Source of the DNA: Selaginella moellendorffii | Taxonomy: Eukaryota; Plantae; Lycopodiophyta | NCBI RefSeq assembly: GCF_000143415.4 | Contig: NW_003314279.1 | Location: forward strand, 434,130-498,129 | Direction of reading: 5' to 3' | Length of the DNA: 64,000 bases | Shown here: piece by piece, positions 11,901-22,967 of the stretch | How positions within the stretch are numbered: position 1 is the first letter of the stretch | How the letters are laid out: each line of letters opens with the position of its first letter | The notes under the pieces: generated by a model | Told to the model about the DNA's origin: nothing | The model's database searches: none | What the model saw: only the letters and a program-made list of their open reading frames with translations | Program-made: the position numbers and the translations under genes

Positions 11901-12076
11901 GCATGGTTGGATGCGGAAGCAGAGTGCCACCATCACCTTGCCAGACCATGCAAGAGATGCAGCAAGAGCATTCATAACCCGGGTTCAAGGTGAGATTCAT
12001 TAATATTCCTTTACTAAGTTTCTAATGTATTTTATTTCAAGGTGAACAATCCGAATCTGAATCAGAGGAGGCATGA
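8935..12076 (+). pseudogene. DDD/E-type transposase-like protein (Sola1/DUF7869-like core) with two N-terminal Tnp1/En/Spm-like repeats and a C-terminal SH3/BAH-like region; two in-frame TAG stops (10285, 11413)
   Basis: ORFs 8935-10287, 10330-11415 and 11425-12003 share one frame. Motifs: CCKRRCCQH, VCMKAWRIIYG, FSKCDEC, IIHDKMDQKKT, LQTDNAGSENKN, FLMVGHTHEDVDAMFS. Probable last intron 11990-12041 with a short terminal exon ending at TGA 12074-12076. Confidence 0.75.
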
Positions 12077-12716
12077 TGGCATGTGGCCTTACGCCATTCC
12101 TAGGTGAGATGATACAAATAACAACTATAAATTCTTAGTTGTTCTAGCAAATCTTACTTAAAGTTCAAGGTGAACAAGCCAAATATGAATTCATCGGATT
12201 GTTATAACAAATTGCGAGGTGATGGCATGAGGCGATACGCCATTTGAGAGTGGTAGCCATTCCTATATGAGGTGAGTGAAATGTTTATTAGAAATACCTC
12301 ATTCAATTGTGCACTTTTAAGTCTTGGTCCACTCAGTACTGTTTGCATGTTTCTATTTTAATTCTTTCTCTAAAATGTTATTTAGCATGTGGCTTCATGC
12401 CATTGCTCTCCACAATCATGCATTGAATTTTTCTATCCTTGCATAATACTTCTCCATATATATAACATGTGCGCACATGTGATATGGTTCATTAGGCCTG
12501 ATATAATGTGTGAGGTAAAACAAAGATGATGTGACATATGCATTTACCAATCACACGTGCATAAATCTAATAATATGGCGTGTGGCCCATATTAATGGCA
12601 CATAAACCCATATTGTGGGCTTACGTGCTTTATGTACCATCATTCCCTTGCAGCGTGTGTGTTGGTTTCCTTTTATAACACAACGAACTCCATATTTTAG
12701 GGTGAAGAGCGTTCAC

Positions 12717-12974
12717 ATGGCAAGCACAAAATCTGTAAGTGAGGCAGAAAAGGAGACGGAGAAGGAGATAGGTGAAGATGTAGAATATATAAGTCTTCCA
12801 AACTCCCCGTACTATACTCCAAGTGATCATTTTTCTGAACAAACGGCAACATTAACAACTATCGAGAACGCCCCAGTAACGTCAGAGACAACAATCCAAA
12901 GCAAAACAACTGACCCGGAGAAGGATGATAGTACCGCTGAGAGTACCAAAAAGGAGGTGTCCACTAGCGCTTAG
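12717..12974 (+). CDS. Small acidic Ser/Thr-rich ORF or exon inside the element, function unknown
   Basis: Open frame MASTKSVSEAEKETEKEIG...; preceded by a TTTTAG acceptor near 12700 and flanked by palindrome copies at 12575 and 12982. No recognisable domain. Confidence 0.3.
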   Translation: MASTKSVSEAEKETEKEIGEDVEYISLPNSPYYTPSDHFSEQTATLTTIENAPVTSETTIQSKTTDPEKDDSTAESTKKEVSTSA

Positions 12975-13632
12975 GCTTATAATGGCGTGTGCCCTCATGC
13001 CATTTACTTGATCACCAAATACCTTTTTCCCTTTGCACTAGTATATCTTAATACCGGTCTGAGAAATAGAATGGCATGTGCCCTCAGGCCTTTTACTAAA
13101 TCACCTTTGAAAGAAATGCAAGCCTCTATGTCGCAAAAAAAAGGTACTAGAGAAATTCCTTAATAATATGAATGTTATTTAGTTTCATGAAAATACACTA
13201 AGGGTCAAATGAGTTAAATGACTTCTCCAGACTAGCAATGCCTCTTGCTACACCTTCACAATTAGATTCGTTAGAAAAAGATAACATTGAATAATATCTA
13301 AATGTTCTCACCATTAAGTTGTATGTCTGGCTAATAGGAATGACGTTCATCTTGGAAAGCTCACCACACGCTCAATGAACAAACAAATAGTGTGTGCGCG
13401 CATGCCATCGCTCTTCTTTAGCTTCAGATTCGGCTTGTTCACCTTGACAATGAGATTTATTATACAACCAGATGGACTCAGTCTGGACATAAAGTCACCG
13501 CGCTAGTCACCATGCCCCAGATATGTCTAGCCCCTGGACAAAAAACATATAATTTCACGTCATTTTCAAATACTTGAAAATTTGTACCTAGTCCCATTTT
13601 ACTGAATAAATCCCACTTTAACGAAATAGAGC

Positions 13633-16600
13633 ATGGGAGTGGAACTCCCAACCGAGTGCTCAAGGAACGAGCATGAAGCGAGCAATAAGCGAGGCTAAAA
13701 AAAGGGACCCAAAAGGACTAACACATGACACGTGGGAGTGTCCGAGATGGAGTCTGAGTTGGAGTCCAAGATGGAGTCCGAGATGGACCCGAGTTGGAGT
13801 CTGAGGTGGAGTCCGAGATGGAGTCCGAGATGGACCCAAGATGGAGTCCAAGATGGAGTCCGAGATGGAGTCTGAGATGGACCCGAGATGGAGTCCGAGA
13901 TGGATCGAGACGGAGTCCGAGATGGAGTCCGAGATGAACCCGAGATGGAGTCCGAGATGGACCAAGACGGAGTCCGAGATGGAGTCCGAGATGGAGTCTG
14001 AGATGGAGTCCGAGATAGAGTCCGAGATGGACCCGATATGGAGTCTAAGATGGAGTCCGAGATGGACCGAGACGGAGTCCGAGATGGAGTCCGAGATGGA
14101 CCAAGACGGAGTCCGAGATGGACCCGAGATGGAATCCGAGATGGAGTCCGAGAAGGACCCAAGATGGAGTCCAAGGTCAAGACCGAGACCGGGACTGAGA
14201 CCGAGACTGGGACCGAGACCGAGACCGAGACCGGGACCAGGACCGGGACCGAGACCGAGGCCGAGGCCGAGACCGAGCCCGAGTCTGAGTCCGAGTCAGA
14301 ATCCGAGTCCGAGTCCGAGTCTGAGTCCGAGTTCGAGTTCGAGTCTGAGAGGGTGAAAGCCCAAAGCGTTCGTCTCCTAGACCCTAGGGGGTTTGGTGAG
14401 CTCCAAAAGTATAGTAAGGGGGAGGATTGCAGTGGAGTCAGTTTGGCCAGGGAAGGCCAGACCCAGTGTTGGGTGAGGAACTGACCACTGGGAAGTCCAA
14501 GACTAGAGTGAATACGGACCGATAAGCAGGGTAGCTTGGTGAAGTGTTCAAGAGCCGGCTCTAGTTCCCCCGGGAGATCGACTGGCCGATGCTCCCAGTT
14601 CATGAGTGGGTGGCACTACCTACTTGGATACCTAGCATGGCTCAACGGAACCTCGCTCTAAGCCCATGGCTAGAGCACCTAAAGGCGGAAGGTGGGGAGA
14701 GTACCCACGGGGCTCGTGTAGGGCCATGGTGTTCCGAAATGTTGTCCCAAAGTCCCAAACTGGGGAAAGGAGAAGGAGCAGTCTTCTAGTGTAGTGACTA
14801 AGGATATGGTCACATGGTGAGGAAGTCCCCGAGGACAATGGGACTTAGTGGCCGGGCCTATGGGCCTTGATCTAGTTGCAGTATTGGCAAATATAGCCAT
14901 GGACAGAAAAAGGACTTGGTAGGAACTGAAAAAGGGATATTAGGGAAGGGTATTCCCCATGTCTGTGGGCATCCTAAGGATGCTAAGGAGTGGATCTAGG
15001 ATGACCACTCGTGGACGGATGGCCTAGTCTTGGAGAGACGGGACTGTGATGCAAGTGGTATTGAACCACCAGTGTGGCAAAGGTGAATGGGCATGGCCTT
15101 AGTGTAACAGGCCGATATGTTAATGGTACCTTTGGTTGTCAGTCATGGGACCGGACACGTGGAGCACTTGGACCAAGTGCAACGGTTGAGTGGCACGGAT
15201 GCCATTCTTGGGGCTAGCAAGTCCCCAAGTCCGGAATAAAACTTATAGAGGTTGTGAGTGAGACTCCTCCAAGTGGTCGGAGGTGTGGTTAAGTGACTAA
15301 AGTAGAATGGAAAAATTAGTCGCTTACAACTTGGTATCGGAGCTGTTCCTTACTCCGACTCTTATTAGTAGCCAAGTATATCACCACTTGTATTGGAATT
15401 GGAAGGTCCTAGATATGGACCTATCCTCAAGGAGTAGCATGTCGAGAGGACATGGCTCTCCGCTTAAGTTCATGTGTGAACTTGTGCGCGATGTGGTGGA
15501 TGGAAAAGGGCCAGTAAGGGAACGACTTTGGGATCTTGGGAACGGTATAAGGTTTCCCTCAAAGAGTTAAGGATGTGATCCGGATGAGCGTTTGACTCAG
15601 CTAACTAGCTAAGGTAGTTATGGTAAACAACTATAGTTGGGATCACAGGAAAGATGCAAACTCCAAAACAATAAAGGAGTCACAAGATAATCCGCACATA
15701 GTTGAGGCTGGTGCTCATGAATTTGAGACCGGAATTGATGATCATGAGAGGTCAAGTACGGATGAGGGCAAGAGCCCTCGAAATGGTAGCTAGGGCTACC
15801 TTTTATAAATGCTGGAACAAACCCAAGGAGTTGGGGGTATGCTCAAAGGATGAGTCGGCATTCTCATCATAGGGACGGATAGTCCTAAGGGGCAAAGGCA
15901 GCCCACAGAGAACGGGAAATAATGAAGTGTTGGAATAACACTTGCAAGATGGTCCTTATGAGTAGGACATGAATACATGAAGTTGTATTCAAGTGAGCTG
16001 GCACCTCAAAAATAGGACCTTATGGGTTGTTGGTTTAGCGAAGTCCAAAAATGTTGGATGACTCAAGTGGGGTCAGGGAATGGTCCTAAGGGATTAGTTA
16101 AAGCATTTAGACTGAGGTGTATAATGCCCCATGAGTATTGGGAGGATTATAAGATCCAAGTATGAGAACAGGAGATATCTCATTGATGGCAGAATGTGCC
16201 ATACTAAAGTTGTGGGAAAGATGTTCCCAGAAGAAAGCAACTTTAGCCCAGAGTTGGGGACAAACATTATGGTGCAGTGCTAATGGATAGTTAGCAGGAG
16301 GCACAACTATATTGGTCTTGGCAAAGACCTAGACACTAATAAGTAGTGTTATAAGGATAGGCTCATAGGGCGAATGGTGTGGAGACACCAAATGTGCCAA
16401 GGTGTGATACCTTGAAGTTATGTTGATGGGTTCATAAGAACCCCTTGCCAAGAGAATCCCAACGGAAATGGGAATGGCATAATCTAAGCTGGAAGGCATG
16501 TGGTAGAGTGTGGTGACCAAAACAATGATGGAGGTGTGGAAGCACCAACAATGAGTTGTAGGACTTGATAACTATGAGGCAACTAAGCAAAAGGTGCAAG

Positions 16601-19432
16601 ATAATTGGTTAAACTGGTAGAAGGTAACTACCCAAGACTTCTTAATGGCATAAGGAAGTTAGATATACCCTTACGAGGGATAAATTGCTTATGTTGCGAT
16701 ATAGTAAGTCAATGTCATAAAAGGGAATGCTCATTGTCAAACAGGCCATCATTTGGGACACCAAAACACTCTAGAACACCAGGAAGTGGTGTTTGATGTT
16801 GCGAGGGCAATAGATAAGGCCCAAGGGACTAAATCCCTAGTGAATGATGGATAGAAGGTGCTATCCAAATGTCCAATGTTGCGAAGACGGGAGAAGACTG
16901 TCTACCCAAATTGGATAAAACCAAAAATGGAATTTTGGAAAGGCTAGTGATAGGCATGTAAAGGCCCATAAGCAACAACTTTAATCCCAGTGTGTGGGAT
17001 TACAAGGTGAGCATACATGGATTGAAGAACCACTCCCTAGGCTATCGGGTAGGTTCATCCTAAGAATACTTGTTAAGGCATGATAGAAAGTGCAAAACTA
17101 TCCTCCTAGTCTGGAGGAGAATGACTGAAAGAAAGGTGTGAAGCCAAAAGCAAGTAGTAAGGGGATAGAACCAAACTATAGAAATCAAAGGGCATAACCA
17201 AGGGTGGTTATGCTAGTTGGGAGTGGAGAATCAAGTGGGGGCTCGAGGGTGTTGTTGCTAGCAACCGTGATGCCATGGAGAGTCTAAAATATGGAATTGT
17301 CCATACTAGACTATATGGCAACTAGAAAGCTTGCGAAAAGGGAGGTCTTAGCAAGCTAAGGGACAGAGTTCCTTTAAGGTTCCCAAAGACGATTCTAAGT
17401 AGCTTAGTACCTAGAAAGGCCAAGTGTAAATGGTTCATAGAACGCATGAAACTAGAGTGGCGCAGCAGAAGCATGGTCTTGAAGCTTGCCATGAGGCAAG
17501 GCTATCAAGGTTAGGGAAGCAATTCCCAAGTGTTCAAAGAGAGGGCTTTGAACGAAAGTCGATGGTCAAGGACTTTCACACTTATGCAGGAACCATGTTA
17601 CGGTGGTCAGAGGACTTGCCAAGCGGGATTGGCAAGTCGGGGGAACAAATACCCTAGTTGAAGGTGATAATTTTAAAAGGGTGGGCCATAGGGCCAAGCA
17701 TGGAGGAGTCCATGCATGATCACAGATGTGTCAAGTGAGAGGACTTAGTAGTGTGGAGGAACTAGGTTCCTAAGCTGTGATCTATAGCACGCTTTAAGTA
17801 TAAATTGGTGCACCGGCGTGGGGAGTCACGCCAGGCATCTAGGATGATGCCTTCTGTAGATGCATATACGGAGGTTGGGTTCGAGTCCCGACCCCCTAGT
17901 GCTTGGGTTCGAGTCCCAAATCACTAGGGCGTGGTGATGGTTTGGAATATGAGGACACCCATATTTCGGTGGTCATGGACTCTTAATGAGGAGATTGGCT
18001 TGGGCACACTGCCAAACGGGGGATGCCCCAGAGTCGTGATGCACGGTTAGATTGCTTAGAGTGAGAGTTCGGCATATCTAACTTGAACACTTTGGTGCAA
18101 AGGGCACCAAGGACGTGGTGAATGAGATGGGGACACCCAGTCTCAATTGCTATGGATCCTTGGCCGGAAGGGCTGGCTTGGGCGCACTGCCAAGTGTGGG
18201 GGATGCCCCCGGGGTCATAGTCAACAACTTAAAAGGGTTTGGAAGACCTGGTTCCTACTGGTAGACCTATTGAGGGGTCAAGATGAGATCACTAAGTGAT
18301 CTTGTGGCTAAACAAGGACAAGGTCTTTGTTTGGGTTAAGGGATATGATTCCTAGTTCAAAGTGTTGATTTGAACTATTGATAATGGTGTGGCTTGGTCA
18401 AGGTGACCAAGTAGGAAGAGCACCTATGGGAAATGAGCTATGTCACTGCTATGGCATAGTAAATCCGAGGAAAGTAGTCTCTATAAGAGATCCAAGGGAG
18501 GGTCTCAAAAGTTGGGCCATGGATAGAGCCCACAGCAGGAAATGTTAAAGAGACGTACTAGGGGTGAACACCCTCTAGACTTGGCAAAAGCAAAGTGTTT
18601 GCTATGGAACTGAAAGGAAACCTCGAAAATGGAGGTAGCAATCCTATGTTGCTGGGTGCAACAATCAAGGATAGGAGCAAAAGATTAGTGGCTAAGAAAA
18701 GAGCCATGGGAATCATGGGAAAAAATCCAAATGGCAAAGTTAGGCCGAGAACACTAATGTGTTGGGTCTTAAAGGATTGTGGGAAAGGCAATGTTTCCCC
18801 AAAGATGGATTCCCAATCGCTCCGATTTGGCGAAAGTGGATGCTCCAAAGGGGGCAGTGGTAAGGTAGCCAAATAATAGGGCCGTGGGCAGCCCTAGCAC
18901 CAATTATGATAACTGGAACTTAGTGCCAAAAGTGGCACGATATCGAAGAGAGGATGATGGTACCCTCAAGTAAAGAACTTCCTAGGATAGGGAAGTGGAG
19001 TTACACCATATGCAACGTAAGGTGTCGGAGACACCTAGGAAATTGATTCTGAGAAGTCAAAATTAAAAGTTCCAAAGTGCAAAGGTTATGTTAATGGAAT
19101 CTGAGACAACTCAAGAATGAGTAGTGGAATTGAGTTAGAGAGGGTGTCTCTTACGGGTTTAGCGAGAACTAAACCAATAAAAGGGAGCAAACCACCCCAG
19201 GTGGCCGAATGAGTCTCTATGTTGGAGAGACTATGCCCCTTAGAGGATAGACAAAGCATGGTGAGCCTTCGAGGTCAAACCATAGACAAATATTAGCTAT
19301 GTGCCAAGGATGGAAATGGTAATACCTGCGAGTGATACTTTATAAAAGAGTTTACAGTTCGATGAGGACATCGAACTTCGTCTATGGGTGGTGGAGTTGT
19401 GAGACACAAATCCCTAAGCCCCAAAGTGGAGA
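13633..19432 (+). mobile_element. Non-autonomous LTR retrotransposon (LARD-like), copy A; 5' LTR lacks its first ~125 bp and the 3' LTR is truncated after ~35 bp
   Basis: 5' LTR ends ...CGCTTACA at 15328, followed by PBS TGGTATCGGAGC (15332-15343, tRNA-Met type). ~4.1 kb internal region collinear with copy B. Purine-rich PPT ATGGGTGGTGGAGT precedes the 3' LTR start TGTGAGACAC at 19398. Confidence 0.85.
13735..14350. repeat. GAGTCC/GAGATG/GAGACC 6-12-bp minisatellite inside the LTR (also at ~20035-20470, ~40398-40715, ~46076-46610)
   Basis: Direct tandem units visible; it generates the spurious (ES)n, (RP)n and (SRTP)n ORFs in the track. Confidence 0.95.
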
Positions 19433-19807
19433 CACAAAGTTGTGAGACACAAATCCTTTGAAGACATATGGGAAACTCACTCAAATTTCGAGCATCATCC
19501 CAGGAATGATATATGGGAATCACCATAAAGTCAAATCAATGGTACACATCATCCCCAAGATTTCTACAGAAGAACTCCGGCCGGATGCGAGGATTAGTAG
19601 CAAGAGTAGGAAGAGTTGTACCACACACTGTAAATACTACTATCAATTAAGTTTAATTGTTCAATTACAACTACATAACATCGAACATTGCACCAATTAT
19701 TGCTCTAAAGTCAAAGAAGGAAGAGGCTACTACTTTGCGATGAAGATGAACAAAAAGGAAAGAGCAAAAAAGAAGAAATTGAGAAAAATAATAAGAAAAG
19801 AGATATC

Positions 19808-21471
19808 TGTGAGACACAAATCCCTAAGTCCCAAAGTGGAGCCGAAAGAGTGCCACGTGGTAGTGGCCGAAGCAAAAGCCAAACGAGTGTAACACGTTTG
19901 GACTAAAAGGCTCCAACTTGAAAGGTTGAGAGCGGGAGTGGAACTCCCAACCGAGTGCTCAAGGAACGAGCATGAAGCGAGCAATAAGCGAGGCTAAAAA
20001 AAGGGACCCAAAAGGACTAACACATGACACGTGGGAGTGTCTGAGATGGAGTCCGAGTTGGAGTCCAAGATGGAGTCCGAGATGGACCCGAGTTGGAGTC
20101 TGAGGTGGAGTCCGAGATGGAGTCCGAGATGGACCCAAGATGGAGTCCAAGATGGAGTCCGAGATGGACCCGAGATGGAGTCCGAGATGGACCGAGATGG
20201 AGTCCGAGATGGACCCGAGATGGAGTCCGAGATGGAGTCCGAGATGGACCGAGACGGAGTCCGAGATGGACCCGAGATGGAATCCGAGATGGAGTCCGAG
20301 AAGGACCCGAGATGGAGTCCGAGGTCAAGACCGAGACCGGGACTGAGACCGAGACCGGGACCAAGACCGAGACCGAGACCGAGACCGAGACTGGGACCGA
20401 GACCGAGACCGAGACCAAGTCCGAGTCCGAGTCCGAGTCCGAGTCTGAGTCCAAGTCCCAGTTCGAGTCTAAGAGGGTGAAAGCCCAAAGCGTTCATCTC
20501 CCAGACCCTTGGGGGTTTGGTGAGCTCCAAAAGTATAGTAAGGGGGAGGACTGCAATGGAGCCAGTTTGGCCAGGGAAGGCCAATTTGGCCCAAGAAGGC
20601 CAAACCTAGTGTTGGGTGAGGAACTGACCACTGGGAAGTCCAAGACTAGAGTGAATATGGACCGACAAGCAGGGTAGCTTGGTGAAGTGTTCAAGAGCCG
20701 GCTCTAGTTCCCCCTGGAGATCGACTGGCTGATGCTCCCAATTCAAGTGTGGGTGGCACTACCTACTTGGATACCTGGCGTGGCTCAACGGAACCTCGCT
20801 CTAAGCTCATGGTTAGAGCACCTAAAGGCGGAAGGTGGGGAGAGTACCCACGGGGCTCGTGTAGGGCCATGGTGTTCCGAAATGTTGTCCCAAAGTCCTA
20901 AACTGGGGAAAGTAGAAGGAGCAGTCCTCTAGTGTAGTGACTAAGGATATGGTCACATGGTGAGGAAGTCCCCGAGGACAATGGGACTTAGTGGCCAGGC
21001 CTACGGGCCTTGATCTAGTGGCAGTGTTGGCGAACATGGCCATGGACAGAAAAGGGACTTGGTAGGAACTGAAAAAGGGATATTAGGGAAGGGTATTCCC
21101 CATGTCTGTGGGCATCCTAAGGATGCTAAGGAGTGGATCTAGGATGACCACTCATGGACGGATGGCCCAGTCTTGGAGAGATGGGATTGTGATGCAAGTG
21201 GTATTGAACCACCAGTGTGGCAAAAGTGAATGGGCATGGCCTTAACGTAACAGGCCGATATGTTAATGGTACCTTTGGTTGTCGGTCATGGGACCAGACA
21301 CGTGGAGCACTTGGACCAAGTGCAACGGTTGAGTGGCACGGATGCCATTCTTGGGGCTAGCAAGTCCCCGAGTCTGGAATAAAACTTATAGAGGTTGTGA
21401 GTGAGACTCTTCCAAGTGGTCGGAGGTGTGGTTATGTGACTAAAGTAGAATGGAAAAATTAGTCGCTTATA
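19808..21471 (+). mobile_element. Solo LTR (~1.66 kb) of the same family with 5-bp TSD ATATC
   Basis: Starts TGTGAGACAC and ends AGTCGCTTATA (C>T variant of ..TTACA). ATATC at 19803-19807 and 21472-21476. No PBS follows. Confidence 0.92.
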
Positions 21472-22967
21472 ATATCTAGATAATGCAAAAGCTAGATTTA
21501 AACCAAAATCCCAAATTCTAGAACTCTTCAAGGACAATCAAATATGCCCTTCATTTCCACTAATATGAATGTATGGAATATGGAAAGAGAATTAAGAAAT
21601 GTGCATATCAATTAACCCAAAAACTGTAGTTTATATATGGGAGCAAATGGTTCGGATTAAAACCAATCTGATGCTACCAAAATCCCACTATGCTAATATT
21701 AGTATACGATATAATAATTATATGCTTGGACCTCACATATTTAAATTAGGACATCACACTTAAACAAGAAACAAGAGGCACTTGTGAGAGCAATCGAAAT
21801 ACCATGCTTACATTAATGCTGCAATTAAATAAATCTTTGAGTTGTGAGAAAACATTAAATGAGAGGCAAATGGAGTGCCACAAAGGAGTAGAGAAATAGT
21901 CATAATCAAGAGATCATAAATTTAAGCTCAATGATACAAGAATGGAAAAAAAAACCTTTGAATTATTATTTAAGATGATGTGGCATTAGTCTTGGGTGGC
22001 AAAGTGAAGTGTGTCATGCCCATGCATATATGCATATCAAATATTATCTACACAATGACATTTCAATTGCTTATATAACAATCAAAAAGTGATTATATGC
22101 ATAATATTTCTGCATACCAACTCCCCATGCACAATCATATTTGTTGCTATAGTTGGTCTAATTATAAGAAACTTTTACATGAAAAAGGACAAGAAGCTTA
22201 GTTTTATTTAAGAGAAAACAAATTCCACAAAAAGTTATTCTTTACAGCTATTTTATCTAGGGCACTTTTAAATGATCCAGCTCTGTCGACCTAGTATGAC
22301 CAATCATGTCTCTACAAGTACAACATGATCTCTGTGGCCCGAGGACAAACAGGATTGAGGATGCTCAAGACCAGCTTGAGGGCAGCCTAGGGAAACGCTG
22401 CTCCTTGTTGTATATGCCAATTGATCCTCTATCCTTGGATCTCCACTTATCAGTGTGCCTCATTTAAAACCACAAGATCAATCTAAATACAATTATGCTA
22501 GTATATACTTTGAGTGATTAAGAAATATTTATAGTTTAAACACAAGCCTTAATAAAAAGGCAAACATGTATACAAAATTTAGCAATTAGGACATCAAACT
22601 TGTGCCAGTCACTTTGAAGAAGAGCATACTTTTTAGTCTCTGGCTTGAAAGAAAATCCTGCTTGTAGTTGGTGACTTGGTAAAGCAATCCTCACTATGGA
22701 CTAATCACAATGATGTGTTTTAGCAGTGTAAACTGTAAGCTCAGTTTTGCTGTAGAAGTGCCATTCATTACGTGCGAACAAGAGTAAATGGTCTGCATAT
22801 AAGAGATGTAAAGAAATAGAGTGAGGAAATACTAATCCCAAATTTTAAACCTGCAAACAACTTTTACCCAATCATAACGGCCGCCATTGGCCAGATCCGG
22901 GGGCAAGAAGATAAATAGATACCAATCTGTTACATAATACAAGTATATCTTGACAAGAGAGGGCAAT

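Larger units (their letters stand above)
69..13408. repeat. Dispersed 22-bp palindrome family, consensus ATGGCRTG-WGGCCW-CAYGCCAT, about 29 copies
   Basis: Copies start at about 69, 361, 1438, 1513 (perfect palindrome), 2749, 2940, 3081, 4553, 5830, 5890, 5967, 6710, 6844, 7002, 7082, 7939, 8011, 8663, 8761, 8831, 10677, 10734, 12076, 12222, 12382, 12575, 12982, 13071 and 13387; several are degenerate or half sites. Confidence 0.92.
1..13632. mobile_element. Large (>13.6 kb) DNA transposon-like element (Sola1/DUF7869-like transposase plus ParB-MTase-HAD cargo gene); left end probably outside the window
   Basis: Two divergent genes, one with a DDD/E-like transposase core. An element-specific 22-bp palindrome occurs from ~69 to 13408 and I saw none afterwards. 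The right side abuts a 5'-truncated LTR at ~13633. Terminal inverted repeats and TSD could not be identified. Confidence 0.7.

Noticed and set aside
69-13408. Palindromic repeats as a CRISPR array or bacterial REP elements
   Set aside because: Spacing is irregular (tens to >1,000 bp), there are no uniform spacers or cas genes, and the context is eukaryotic with spliceosomal introns.
1-13632. Bacterial or phage contamination suggested by the ParB and methyltransferase-like domains
   Set aside because: The gene has ten canonical short introns matching host intron size and is contiguous with plant retroelements.
13660-14603. Long ORFs with (ES)n, (DS)n, (RP)n and SRTP repeats here and at ~20000, ~40400 and ~46100
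   Set aside because: Artefacts of a stop-free hexamer minisatellite inside an LTR; open in many frames on both strands.
18558-18876. ORFs shared by both LTR-element copies (also 44997-45353) as gag or env
   Set aside because: Short, no recognisable motifs, and sharing is explained by nucleotide similarity of the copies.
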